32,000 bases of DNA from Mycolicibacterium smegmatis (GCF_001457595.1 NZ_LN831039.1:330001-362000); one strand, 5' to 3'. Counted from the stretch's first letter, positions 7,671 through 15,748 are shown. Translations and numbers: made by a program. The notes: generated by a model not told the origin, from the letters alone.

Positions 7671-8414
7671 TCACATGACCGAGCCGCCGTTGACGCCGAG
7701 GGTCTGCCCCGTGATGAAGCCGGCCTCTTCCGAGCACAGGAATCCCACTGCCGCGGCGATGTCGGCCGGTGCGCCGAGCCTGCCGAGCGGGATGTTGGCG
7801 GCGATGGTTTCGTTGGGCGGAAGGTACCCCGCGGCCTGCGATGCGTGCTGCATGGGCGTCTCGATACCCGACGGTGGAATGTTGTTCACCGTGATGCCGT
7901 GCTTGGCGTATTCGCGCGCAAGGGATTTGGTCAACGTCAACAGCGCGCCCTTGGATGCCGCGTAGTGCGCGGCGAAGGGCGTTCCGCGCTGCGCGCTGGA
8001 CGACGAGATCAGCACGATGCGGCCCCAGCCGGCGTCCACCATGTCGGGCAGCGCGACCTGACAGCACCGGAACGTGCCGCTGAGGTTCACGTCGATCATC
8101 TGTGCCCACGACTGTTCGGTGATGTCGGCGAACGACGCGTAGCCGAACATGCCCGCGCTGGTGACCAGGATGCCGACGGCGCCCAGCTCGCTGCGCACCT
8201 TGGCGAATGCCTCCTCGACCGCGGCACGGTCGGTCACATCGGCGCCTACCGCGAACGCGGTCACGCCCTCGGATCGGAGATGGTCGGTGACGCGTTGTGC
8301 GGCATCGACATCGACGTCGAGCACCGCGACCTTGTGGCCGCGCCTGCCGAGTTCGTGGCAGGTCGCCTCACCCATGCCCGACGCGCCACCGGTCACCACC
8401 GCCACCCGGTTCAT
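7671..8414 (-). CDS. Short-chain dehydrogenase/reductase (FabG-like SDR)
   Basis: The start was moved to ATG 8414 (MNRVAVVTGGASGMG, i.e. TGxxxGxG), giving 247 aa. The catalytic YAASK motif is present. ATG 8414 overlaps the stop of the reductase gene (ATGA, 8411-8414). The track extension to 8558 is rejected. Confidence 0.88.
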   Translation of the reverse strand: MNRVAVVTGGASGMGEATCHELGRRGHKVAVLDVDVDAAQRVTDHLRSEGVTAFAVGADVTDRAAVEEAFAKVRSELGAVGILVTSAGMFGYASFADITEQSWAQMIDVNLSGTFRCCQVALPDMVDAGWGRIVLISSSSAQRGTPFAAHYAASKGALLTLTKSLAREYAKHGITVNNIPPSGIETPMQHASQAAGYLPPNETIAANIPLGRLGAPADIAAAVGFLCSEEAGFITGQTLGVNGGSVM

Positions 8415-9478
8415 TCGTACACCACCTTCACCGTGTGACTCGTGGGCAGTGCCTGACACGTCACCACCCAGCCCTCGGCGATCTCGTCGTCGTCGAGCGC
8501 GTCGTTGTTCAACAGCCGTGCACTGCCTTCCACCACCTGTCCGATGCACGTCCCGCACGTGCCGACCTCACATGAGGACGGGGCCTTGAGCCCGGCCAGT
8601 CGGGCGGTCTGCAGCAGCGTCGTACCGGCCCGGTAGGGCTGTGTGACGGTGGTGCGCCCCAGGACGATGGTGACCTCCTCGGTGGCAGCGGATTCCGCCT
8701 CGACCGCAGGATCGGCAGGGGTGACCGTGAAACGCTCCAGGTGCACACGCTGCGCCGGCACGCCCGCGTCGAGCAGGACGCGTTCGACGGTGTCCATGAA
8801 CGGGGCCGGTCCACAGATGTAGAAGTCGGCCTCCGCGGTGGAAACCGTGCTGGCGCCGAGGAATTCGGTGATGTGCCGCGCCGAAACCACGCCGTCGCGG
8901 GTATCGAGATGGTGGTGTACGTGCAGGCGGTCGCTGTGGGAGTCGGTGAGCCGGGTCAGCGCGTCGCGGAAGATCACCGAGTCGGCATCGCGGTTGGCGT
9001 AGAACATCCGGACCCGCCGGCCGGTGGTGGCGAGCGTCGTGTTCACCAGTGAGAACACCGGTGTCACACCGCTGCCGCCCGCGAACGTGACCACGTCGCG
9101 GTCGGCCGTGGTGAGCACGAAGCGCCCGTCGGGTGGGGCGGTGAGCAACCGGTCGCCCGCTGCGGCGGTGTCGTTGATCCAGTTCGACACCACGCCGTCG
9201 CGGTCACGTTTGACGGTGATCCGCAGGTCGGGGCCCACGTGTGGCGACGACGACATCGAATAGCAGCGGCGGTGTTCCTCGCCGCGGATCGTGGTCTTGA
9301 CGGTGACGAACTGCCCTGCCGTATAACGGAATCGGTCTTCGATCAGCTCGGGGACATCGAGGATCAGCGAAACCGCGTCGGTGGTCTCGCGGATGACGTC
9401 TTTGACCCGCAGCGGCGTGAAACCGTCGGCGTCGGTGAGACCGGCGGGTTCGTCGAGGGGTGCGGTCGATGTCTCCAT
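8411..9478 (-). CDS. Ferredoxin-NAD(P)H reductase with C-terminal plant-type [2Fe-2S] domain (Rieske oxygenase reductase, KshB/PaaE-like architecture)
   Basis: It has RCYSMSS (RxYS FAD motif), FAGGSGVTPVFS (NAD motif) and C-terminal CEVGTCGTC...VTCQA (Cx4Cx2C...C). The start is either ATG 9478 (METSTAPL) or GTG 9487. The ATG is preferred because a -10-like TACTGT sits 7 nt upstream, suggesting a possible leaderless mRNA. Confidence 0.88.
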   Translation of the reverse strand: METSTAPLDEPAGLTDADGFTPLRVKDVIRETTDAVSLILDVPELIEDRFRYTAGQFVTVKTTIRGEEHRRCYSMSSSPHVGPDLRITVKRDRDGVVSNWINDTAAAGDRLLTAPPDGRFVLTTADRDVVTFAGGSGVTPVFSLVNTTLATTGRRVRMFYANRDADSVIFRDALTRLTDSHSDRLHVHHHLDTRDGVVSARHITEFLGASTVSTAEADFYICGPAPFMDTVERVLLDAGVPAQRVHLERFTVTPADPAVEAESAATEEVTIVLGRTTVTQPYRAGTTLLQTARLAGLKAPSSCEVGTCGTCIGQVVEGSARLLNNDALDDDEIAEGWVVTCQALPTSHTVKVVYE

Positions 9479-9483
9479 CGCGG

Positions 9484-9504
9484 CCACAGTATCAAGTACT
9501 TGTC
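9484..9504 (-). promoter_or_regulatory. Operator-like motif GACAAGTACTTGATACTGTGG (site B) with perfect 10-bp palindrome CAAGTACTTG overlapping a -10-like TACTGT
   Basis: It matches 18/21 positions of 12995-13015 on the + strand. It lies between the MarR gene and the reductase gene, directly upstream of ATG 9478. Confidence 0.55.
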
Positions 9505-9545
9505 ATTCACCTCAAGGCTTGGCCGCACACCGAAAAACCGGGAAA

Positions 9546-10001
9546 CTACATCGGGTCGACGTGATCGGCCTGCACGGTGTGGCCCGTGCCCTGCTCGATC
9601 ACACGCCTCAGCAGGTCGCGCAGCTGCTCCTGCTCGTCACGTGAGAGCACCCCGAACACACGGTCGTGCGCGGCGATGGCGTCGGAAACCACCGAAGAGG
9701 CGACCGCGCGCCCCTCTTCGGTGAGGAACACCTGCAGGATGCGCGCGTGCTGCGGATCCTGCTTGCGCTCCACCAGCCCGCGCTTCTCCAGTGCGGTCAG
9801 GGCCAGTTGCACGCCCTGCGGCGTGATCAGCAGGCGCCGCGCCAGTTCGGCGCCGGACAACCCGGGCTCGTTGCTCAGCTGGCGCAGGACACCGATCTGG
9901 GCGGTGCTGACACCGTGGTCCTTGACGGCGTCGTTGACCGCGGTGAGCGAGAAGTAGAACGCTTGTTTGAGCCACCACAAGGTGTTGTCGGTGAGTTCCA
10001 T
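9546..10001 (-). CDS. MarR-family transcriptional regulator
   Basis: 151 aa with a winged-helix region GVSTAQIGVLRQLSNEPGLSGAELARRLLITPQGVQLALTALEKRGLVERK. GGAGA sits 5-6 nt upstream of the ATG. Confidence 0.9.
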   Translation of the reverse strand: MELTDNTLWWLKQAFYFSLTAVNDAVKDHGVSTAQIGVLRQLSNEPGLSGAELARRLLITPQGVQLALTALEKRGLVERKQDPQHARILQVFLTEEGRAVASSVVSDAIAAHDRVFGVLSRDEQEQLRDLLRRVIEQGTGHTVQADHVDPM

Positions 10002-10031
10002 GCCCGTCTCCTGCCGTGCGTCAACTCGACG

Positions 10032-11291
10032 CTAGCGCACCGCGGCGTCCGACGGCTCGCGGTGTTTGACAACCGCGCCGTCCTTCATCACGAACGAGAC
10101 GTCGAGTATCGCGGAGATGTCGGTGCTCGGGTCGCCGGGCACGGCGACGACGTCGGCGAGGTATCCGGGTGCCAGCCGGCCCAGCTCGTCGGAGGCATCC
10201 ACCAACTCCGCGGCGACCACGGTCGCGGCCTGCAGCGCCTGCATCGGGGTCATGCCGCGCTCGACCAGCGCGCACAGTTCTTTCGCGTTCTGCCCGTGCG
10301 GTATCGCAGGCGCGTCGGTACCGCACGCGATCCGCACACCGGCCGCAATGGCCTTGGGCAGCATGGCCTTCGCCCGCGGGAAGACGTCGAGTGCCTTCTT
10401 GCGCAGTTCGGGGGCGATGCGGTCGATCGCCATGGCATCGGTCAAGTACGTCGTCGACACCAGGAACGTGCCGTGGTCCACCATCATCTGTATGGTCTCG
10501 TCGGTCGCGAGGAACCCGTGCTCGATGCAGTCGATGCCCGCGCGGATACAGGCCTGGATCGCGGTGTCACCGACCGCGTGCGCGGCGACCTTCACGCCGG
10601 CACGGTGCGCCTCGTCGGCGATCGCGGCGAGTTCGGCGTCGCCGTACTGCTGGGCGCCGGGAGCGGTGCTGTGCGACATCACACCACCCGAGGCCGAAAC
10701 CTTGATCAGCTTGGCGCCGTGGCGGATCTGGTAGCGCACACACGCGATGACGTCGGGTACTCCGTTGGCGATGCCCTCGGCCACCGAGAGCGGCATGATG
10801 CCCGGCGCCATTCGCTGGAACACCGTGGGATCGAGGTGACCGCCGTACGGCGTGACGGCATGCCCGGCGGGGTGGATGCGTGGCCCCTGATGCCAGCCCT
10901 GATCTATTGCGCGCTGCAACGCCACGTCGAGCAGATAGCCGCCGGTCTTGACCATCAGACCCAGGTTGCGGACCGTGGTGAAACCGGCCTGCACCGTGGT
11001 GCGCGCGTTGACCGCGCCCCGCAGCGTCCGGTACGCCGGATCGTCCTGCACACCGTGCATCGGCGACGGCAGCCCTTCCGGGCCGCCGATGAGCAGGTTC
11101 AGTTCCATGTCCATCAGGCCCGGCAGCAGGGTGACGTCGCCGAGATCGATGACGGTCGCGGTATCCGGCAGCGGCGCAGCGGGATTCACCTCGGTGATCC
11201 GGTTGCCCTCGATGACCACGACGGCCGGTGCGCGGACCACGCCTGCGGCGACGTCGACCCAGCGCGCCGCGCGCAGTACGGTCTGCGTCAC
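10032..11291 (-). CDS. Amidohydrolase-superfamily protein (COG1228-like) lacking the N-terminal HxH motif
   Basis: It carries LIKVSASGG (Lys), VAAHAVG, CIEHGF and CGTDAP motifs. The expected PGLxDxHxH reads PGLMDMELN. The start is set to GTG 11291, which overlaps the S2 stop (GTGA). The track start 11360 would overlap S2 by 73 nt. Confidence 0.8.
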   Translation of the reverse strand: MTQTVLRAARWVDVAAGVVRAPAVVVIEGNRITEVNPAAPLPDTATVIDLGDVTLLPGLMDMELNLLIGGPEGLPSPMHGVQDDPAYRTLRGAVNARTTVQAGFTTVRNLGLMVKTGGYLLDVALQRAIDQGWHQGPRIHPAGHAVTPYGGHLDPTVFQRMAPGIMPLSVAEGIANGVPDVIACVRYQIRHGAKLIKVSASGGVMSHSTAPGAQQYGDAELAAIADEAHRAGVKVAAHAVGDTAIQACIRAGIDCIEHGFLATDETIQMMVDHGTFLVSTTYLTDAMAIDRIAPELRKKALDVFPRAKAMLPKAIAAGVRIACGTDAPAIPHGQNAKELCALVERGMTPMQALQAATVVAAELVDASDELGRLAPGYLADVVAVPGDPSTDISAILDVSFVMKDGAVVKHREPSDAAVR

Positions 11292-11629
11292 GGAACGGGC
11301 TCGGCGACGCAATCCAGCCAGGTCGCCCCCGAATCGGGCACGCGTGGCTGCTTCCAGCACTCCACCGGGAACGACACCGTCACCATCGAATACAGCAGGT
11401 GCAGCAGGTTCAGCACGTCCTCGGGCAGGTCATCGAGCGGGAACTTGTCGCAGTAGCTGATCGCCTCCTCGGCGCGTGGGGTGATCGCGTCGTAGAAGGC
11501 CTGGATCTCGGTCATGGTGCTCGCCAACCGTTTTGCGTAACGCAGCGGCTCACTGGCCAGACACCAGTCGGAAAACGGTTCCAGATCGGCGAATTCGGCC
11601 GGCAGCTTGTTCGGCACCTTGTCGGGCAC
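11288..11629 (-). CDS. Conserved hypothetical ~110-aa protein (S2), partner of the Rieske oxygenase
   Basis: 113 aa with a GTG start 3 nt after the R2 stop. It is a paralogue of S1 (6035-6364). Confidence 0.7.
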   Translation of the reverse strand: MPDKVPNKLPAEFADLEPFSDWCLASEPLRYAKRLASTMTEIQAFYDAITPRAEEAISYCDKFPLDDLPEDVLNLLHLLYSMVTVSFPVECWKQPRVPDSGATWLDCVAEPVP

Positions 11630-11632
11630 GGA

Positions 11633-12898
11633 TCACACTCCTGCGGTCTTGCGCTGGTAGTCCTCGATCCAGGCTGCGGTCTCGTAGTGCAGGTGCCGCA
11701 GCAGGATCTCCTGGTCGCACAGCAGGAACTCCTCGACCACGCGCGTCTCGATCATGCTCTGGGTGGCTTCGAGGGTGTTGGCGTCCTGCAGGCCGTACTC
11801 CTTGAACGACGCCGCCGCGAGTTCCTGCGCGAGCCGCTCACGCGGCGTGCGTGCCTGTGGGAAATACAACGTGCACTCGAAGGTGTGGGTGTTGTACGAC
11901 GTCGGCCAGTAGTGGTACGTCAGGTACCAGCCCTGCCCCCAGAACAGCATCACGAAGTTGGGGAACAGCTGGAAGCTGTCCAGACCCCACGGATCACACT
12001 TGGCGGGGTTGAGACCCACGGGCATCTCGCCGAGGTCGGGCTTGTCCCACGGGCCGAAAAGCCCGCTCTGGCAGATGTCCTCGATGGGTTTGCGCATCTC
12101 GTCTGGCATCTCCCACGCACGCACCCCCGAGGTGCTCACCAACCGGTGCGGTCCCTCGATGCGGTAGTGCGGTGCCTCGAAACCGGCCTCGGCCGCGGCC
12201 CTGCTGTAGGCGGTGGGCGACTGGTTCGCGTGCAGCACAGGTGCGTGGTAGAACTCCTGGAACGCGTCCATGTAGAGCTTCCAGTTCGCCTTGACCTCGG
12301 AGCGGTAGGTGAACCGCGAGGTCAGTTTGTCGAACGGATAACCCTCCAGGTTGGTGATCATCGGACCGAGGAAATCGCGCAGCGACTGTTCGGGTTCCTT
12401 CGCGAAGTTCACGAAGATGAAGCCCTCCCACACCTGGCAGTGCACCGGCACCAGGCCGTAGCGGCTCTTGTCGAGGTCGAAGAACTCCTCTTCCTGCTGC
12501 ACGAACGTCAGGTCGCCGTCCAGGTCGTACCGCCAGGCGTGGTACTTGCACGTGAACTGGCGGCACACGCCGCTGGTCTCCTGCTGTGGCAGGTCGTCCC
12601 ACACCAGCTTGTTGCCGCGGTGGCGGCAGACGTTGTGGAAGGCGTTGATCGTCCCGGACTTGTTGCGCACCACGATGATCGAGGTGTTGGCGGCCTTCAT
12701 CTCCTTGGTGAAGTAGCTGCCCTTGCGTGGAAGCAGTTCGACGCGACCGACGTTCAGCCATGCCCGTTTGAAGATCGCCTGCCGTTCCAGTTCGTAGATC
12801 TCCGGGCTGATCGAGTCCTCGTAGGACACCGGGCCGGTGCCCAGTTCGGGATAGTGCTGCGTCCAACTGCCTTCAGCCGGTTTGGGAAACCGCGCCAT
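11633..12898 (-). CDS. Rieske-type non-heme iron oxygenase alpha subunit (R2), canonical motifs
   Basis: The start was moved to ATG 12898 (MARFPKPAEGSWTQHYPELGTGP, matching the R1 N-terminus), with GGAGGAG upstream, giving 421 aa. It has CRHRG...CKYHAW Rieske motifs and the NWKLYMDAFQEFYHAPVLH iron motif. The track extension to 13114 is rejected. Confidence 0.9.
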   Translation of the reverse strand: MARFPKPAEGSWTQHYPELGTGPVSYEDSISPEIYELERQAIFKRAWLNVGRVELLPRKGSYFTKEMKAANTSIIVVRNKSGTINAFHNVCRHRGNKLVWDDLPQQETSGVCRQFTCKYHAWRYDLDGDLTFVQQEEEFFDLDKSRYGLVPVHCQVWEGFIFVNFAKEPEQSLRDFLGPMITNLEGYPFDKLTSRFTYRSEVKANWKLYMDAFQEFYHAPVLHANQSPTAYSRAAAEAGFEAPHYRIEGPHRLVSTSGVRAWEMPDEMRKPIEDICQSGLFGPWDKPDLGEMPVGLNPAKCDPWGLDSFQLFPNFVMLFWGQGWYLTYHYWPTSYNTHTFECTLYFPQARTPRERLAQELAAASFKEYGLQDANTLEATQSMIETRVVEEFLLCDQEILLRHLHYETAAWIEDYQRKTAGV

Positions 12899-12994
12899 AC
12901 CCGCTCCTCCGCGATGCGTTCGATGATGCCGGCGTGTGGCTGGGGCACGCCGGTGCGAGATTCGAAGTTGACGGTAGACCGCGGTTTCGTCAAT

Positions 12995-13015
12995 AACAAG
13001 TAGTTGATACTCTGG
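12995..13015 (+). promoter_or_regulatory. Operator-like motif AACAAGTAGTTGATACTCTGG (site A) with -10-like TACTCT
   Basis: It matches site B (9484-9504, minus strand) at 18/21 positions. It lies in the AT-richer 250-bp divergent region between R2 and the amidohydrolase_2 gene. Confidence 0.5.
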
Positions 13016-13148
13016 AACCGCGAAGGCGGGAGAATGCAGTGGACCAGCATCTCGGGAGTATCTCGGCGTCGAGGCCGGCTGTGCGCTCGCGTGTGGCCGC
13101 GGCCGCAGGTCCATCGCCGTCGCGGCTCACGGTGATCGAAAGGTTGAC

Positions 13149-14291
13149 ATGACGATCCACACCTCGCAGCGAACCCCGGCCGCCGAGCGCATCGCCGTGC
13201 GCTGCGTCGACTCCGACGTTCATCCGGTGCCGCGCCGCGGTGTGCTGGGGGAGTACATCCCCGAGCCGTGGCGCAGCGTGTACTTCGGCACGCACGACGT
13301 CGGCGAGCTGATCTACTACGACGCCCCCGATTACGCACACGCCTACGCGATGCGCGTCGACACGTTCCCCTCCGACGGCGAATTCGCGGGCAGCGATCCC
13401 GATCTCGCGTTCCGCCAGCTCATCATGGAAGCCGGCGCCGACATCGCGATCCTGGAACCCGCGGCGTACTCGGCGCACATCCCCGAGGCCAACCATGCGA
13501 TGAACTGCGCACTCAACGACTGGCAGGCCAACCACTGGCTCGACAGCCACAACAACTGGCACGAGCGCTGGCGCGGTTCCATCTGCCTGGCCGTCGAGGC
13601 ACCGGAACTCGCGGCGCAGGAGATCGAACGGTGGGCCGGGCACCCGTATTTCGCGCAGTGCCTCATCAAGGCCGAACCGCGCCCGTCCTGGGGCGACCCG
13701 AAGTACGACCAGCTGTGGGCCGCGGCCACCAAACACGACATCGTGGTGAGCTGCCACCTGTCACGCGGTGAATACGACGAACTGCCCACCCCACCGGTCG
13801 GATTGCCCAGCTACAACCACGATTTCATGGTCACGTACTCGTTGCTGGCGGCCAACCAGGTGATGAGCCTGATCTTCGACGGTGTGTTCGACCGGTTCCC
13901 GACGCTGCGCATCGTGTTCGTCGAGCACGCGTTCACCTGGATCCTGCCGCTCATGTGGCGAATGGACGCGATCTACGAGCGCCGCAAGTCGTGGATGGAC
14001 ATCAAGCGCAAACCCAGCGAGTACGTCAAGGACCACATCAAGTTCACGACGCAACCGCTGGATTACCCCGAGGACAAGACCGAACTGTCGCGGGCCTTCG
14101 AGTGGATGGAGTGCGAGGAGATCCTGCTGTTCTCCTCGGACTACCCGCACTGGACGTTCGACGATCCACGCTGGCTGGTCAAGCACCTGCCCGAACATGC
14201 GCGTGAGGCCGTGATGTTCCGCAACGGCATCGAGACCTACAAGCTGCCGGACACCGTGCCGGTGCTCGAAGGACAGGTCCGCGTCTTCTGA
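13149..14291 (+). CDS. Amidohydrolase_2 (PF04909-like) metal-dependent hydrolase/decarboxylase
   Basis: 380 aa. It has VDSDVHPV near the N-terminus and FSSDYPHWTFDD near the C-terminus. GAAAGG sits 6 nt upstream of the ATG. Confidence 0.85.
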   Translation: MTIHTSQRTPAAERIAVRCVDSDVHPVPRRGVLGEYIPEPWRSVYFGTHDVGELIYYDAPDYAHAYAMRVDTFPSDGEFAGSDPDLAFRQLIMEAGADIAILEPAAYSAHIPEANHAMNCALNDWQANHWLDSHNNWHERWRGSICLAVEAPELAAQEIERWAGHPYFAQCLIKAEPRPSWGDPKYDQLWAAATKHDIVVSCHLSRGEYDELPTPPVGLPSYNHDFMVTYSLLAANQVMSLIFDGVFDRFPTLRIVFVEHAFTWILPLMWRMDAIYERRKSWMDIKRKPSEYVKDHIKFTTQPLDYPEDKTELSRAFEWMECEEILLFSSDYPHWTFDDPRWLVKHLPEHAREAVMFRNGIETYKLPDTVPVLEGQVRVF

Positions 14292-14294
14292 GTC

Positions 14295-15683
14295 TCATGG
14301 GCGCAGGACAGCGCCCGGGTTGAGGATGCCGAGCGGGTCCAGGGCGTCCTTGACGCGGCGCGTCACCCACATCACGTCGTCGCCGAGTTGCTTTGGCAGC
14401 CAATCTCTCTTGAGCCTGCCGACGCCGTGCTCACCGGTGATGGTGCCGCCCATCGCGATCGCGAGGTCCATGACCTCGCTGAAGGCGCGTTCGGCCCTGG
14501 CCTGCGATTCGGCATCGTCGGGATCGAAAACCACGACGGGGTGGGTGTTTCCGTCGCCCGCATGCGCGACGACGCAGATCAGCACGTCGCACTCGGCGGA
14601 GATCCGGTTGATGCCTGCCAGCAGCGCGGGCAGCGTCGGGATGGGCACCGTGACGTCTTCGAGCAGCACCGTACCCAGTTGCATGAGTGCCGGCGCGACC
14701 AGGCGTCTCGCGGCCGTGAAACCGGCGCCTTCTGCTGGGTCATCGGTCGCGAAAACCTCGCTGGCACCTGATTTTTCGCACGCCTCGACGATGTGTGCCA
14801 CCTCGGACGCGGCATCACCCGGCGCGTCGGACTGGACCAGCAGCAGCGCCTGCGCCGACCGGTCCAGACCCATGCGGCCGTAGTCCTCGACGGCGTTGAT
14901 GGACGCGTGGTCCATCAGCTCGAGCATGGCCGGCCGCACCGATGCCGTGATGGCCACGACCGCGTTGGCCGCATCCTGCACCGTGTCGAACATCGCGACC
15001 ACGGTGGACGGCGACGCCTGGGCCGGAATCAGCCGCAGGGTGACCTCGGTGATCACCCCGAGAATGCCCTCCGAACCGACGAACAGTTTGGTCAGGGACA
15101 GGCCCGCAACGTCTTTGAGTCGCGGACCGCCGAGTGTCACGGCCGTGCCGTCGGCGAGCACCACCTGCAGGCCCAGGACGTAGTCGGTGGTGACGCCGTA
15201 CTTCACGCAGCACAGGCCGCCCGCGTTGGTGGCGGCGTTGCCGCCGATCGAGGAGATGTCGACCGAGGCCGGATCCGGCGGATACCACAAACCGTGCTCT
15301 GCCGCGGCCCGCTTGACCTCGGCATTCAGCGCGCCGGGTTGCACGACGGCCACGCGGGTCGCCGGGTCGATCCGGATCTCGCGCATGCGCTCGGTGCTCA
15401 GGACGACGCATCCGTCGACCGCGCTCGCACCGCCGGAGAGCCCCGACCCGGCGCCCCTGGGTACCACCGCGACGCGGTGACGGGTGGCCCACCGCAGGAC
15501 GCTCTGCACATCGGCGGTGCAGGTCGCCCGGACCACGGCCCGCGGACGGCCCGCGAGTGGATCGGCGGCGGCGTCACGGCGATATCCCTCGATCTGGTCG
15601 GCATCGGTGAGCAGCGCGTGGGCAGGCAGCTCAGCAGCCAGTTCGGTCAGGGCGGGGTCCACATCCGCCAGGGTTGCGTCCAC
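14295..15683 (-). CDS. FAD-linked oxidase (GlcD / D-lactate dehydrogenase-like)
   Basis: It has an FAD_binding_4-type region VVPRGAGSGLSGGA and C-terminal GTITGEHGVGRLK. There is no ATG near the conserved N-terminus, so GTG 15683 (VDATLADV...) is proposed. The track start 15824 would overlap the divergent gene. The start is uncertain. Confidence 0.8.
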   Translation of the reverse strand: MDATLADVDPALTELAAELPAHALLTDADQIEGYRRDAAADPLAGRPRAVVRATCTADVQSVLRWATRHRVAVVPRGAGSGLSGGASAVDGCVVLSTERMREIRIDPATRVAVVQPGALNAEVKRAAAEHGLWYPPDPASVDISSIGGNAATNAGGLCCVKYGVTTDYVLGLQVVLADGTAVTLGGPRLKDVAGLSLTKLFVGSEGILGVITEVTLRLIPAQASPSTVVAMFDTVQDAANAVVAITASVRPAMLELMDHASINAVEDYGRMGLDRSAQALLLVQSDAPGDAASEVAHIVEACEKSGASEVFATDDPAEGAGFTAARRLVAPALMQLGTVLLEDVTVPIPTLPALLAGINRISAECDVLICVVAHAGDGNTHPVVVFDPDDAESQARAERAFSEVMDLAIAMGGTITGEHGVGRLKRDWLPKQLGDDVMWVTRRVKDALDPLGILNPGAVLRP

Positions 15684-15748
15684 GCGGCCAGTGTAGGCGC
15701 GTGATGGGCGAACGGAATTTTTCCGACTTCCCTGGGTTGGACCGAGGG

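Noticed and set aside
12928-12954. Hairpin GCCGGCGTG-N9-CACGCCGGT in the R2 upstream region
   Set aside because: An 8-9 bp GC stem is common by chance in this composition. It has no associated U-tract, conserved partner or clear functional position, so it is left unannotated.
9666-13003. 596-aa (9666-11456) and 591-aa (11228-13003) plus-strand ORFs
   Set aside because: They are antisense to the MarR, amidohydrolase, S2 and R2 genes. They have no motifs and show antisense-type composition.
12899-13114. N-terminal extensions of R2 (to 13114), the SDR (to 8558), eda (to 27141), the amidohydrolase (to 11360) and the GlcD-like oxidase (to 15824)
   Set aside because: Paralogue alignment (R1/R2), N-terminal cofactor motifs, SD positions and 4-nt start/stop overlaps all favour the shorter models. 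The extensions are Arg/Pro-rich and overlap neighbouring genes or promoters.
13034-13135. 33-aa Arg-rich upstream ORF (MQWTSISGVSRRRGRL...) in the leader of the amidohydrolase_2 gene
   Set aside because: It has only moderate third-position GC, an SD too close to the ATG, and no recognisable peptide family. It cannot be supported from sequence alone, though it could be revisited with ribosome profiling.
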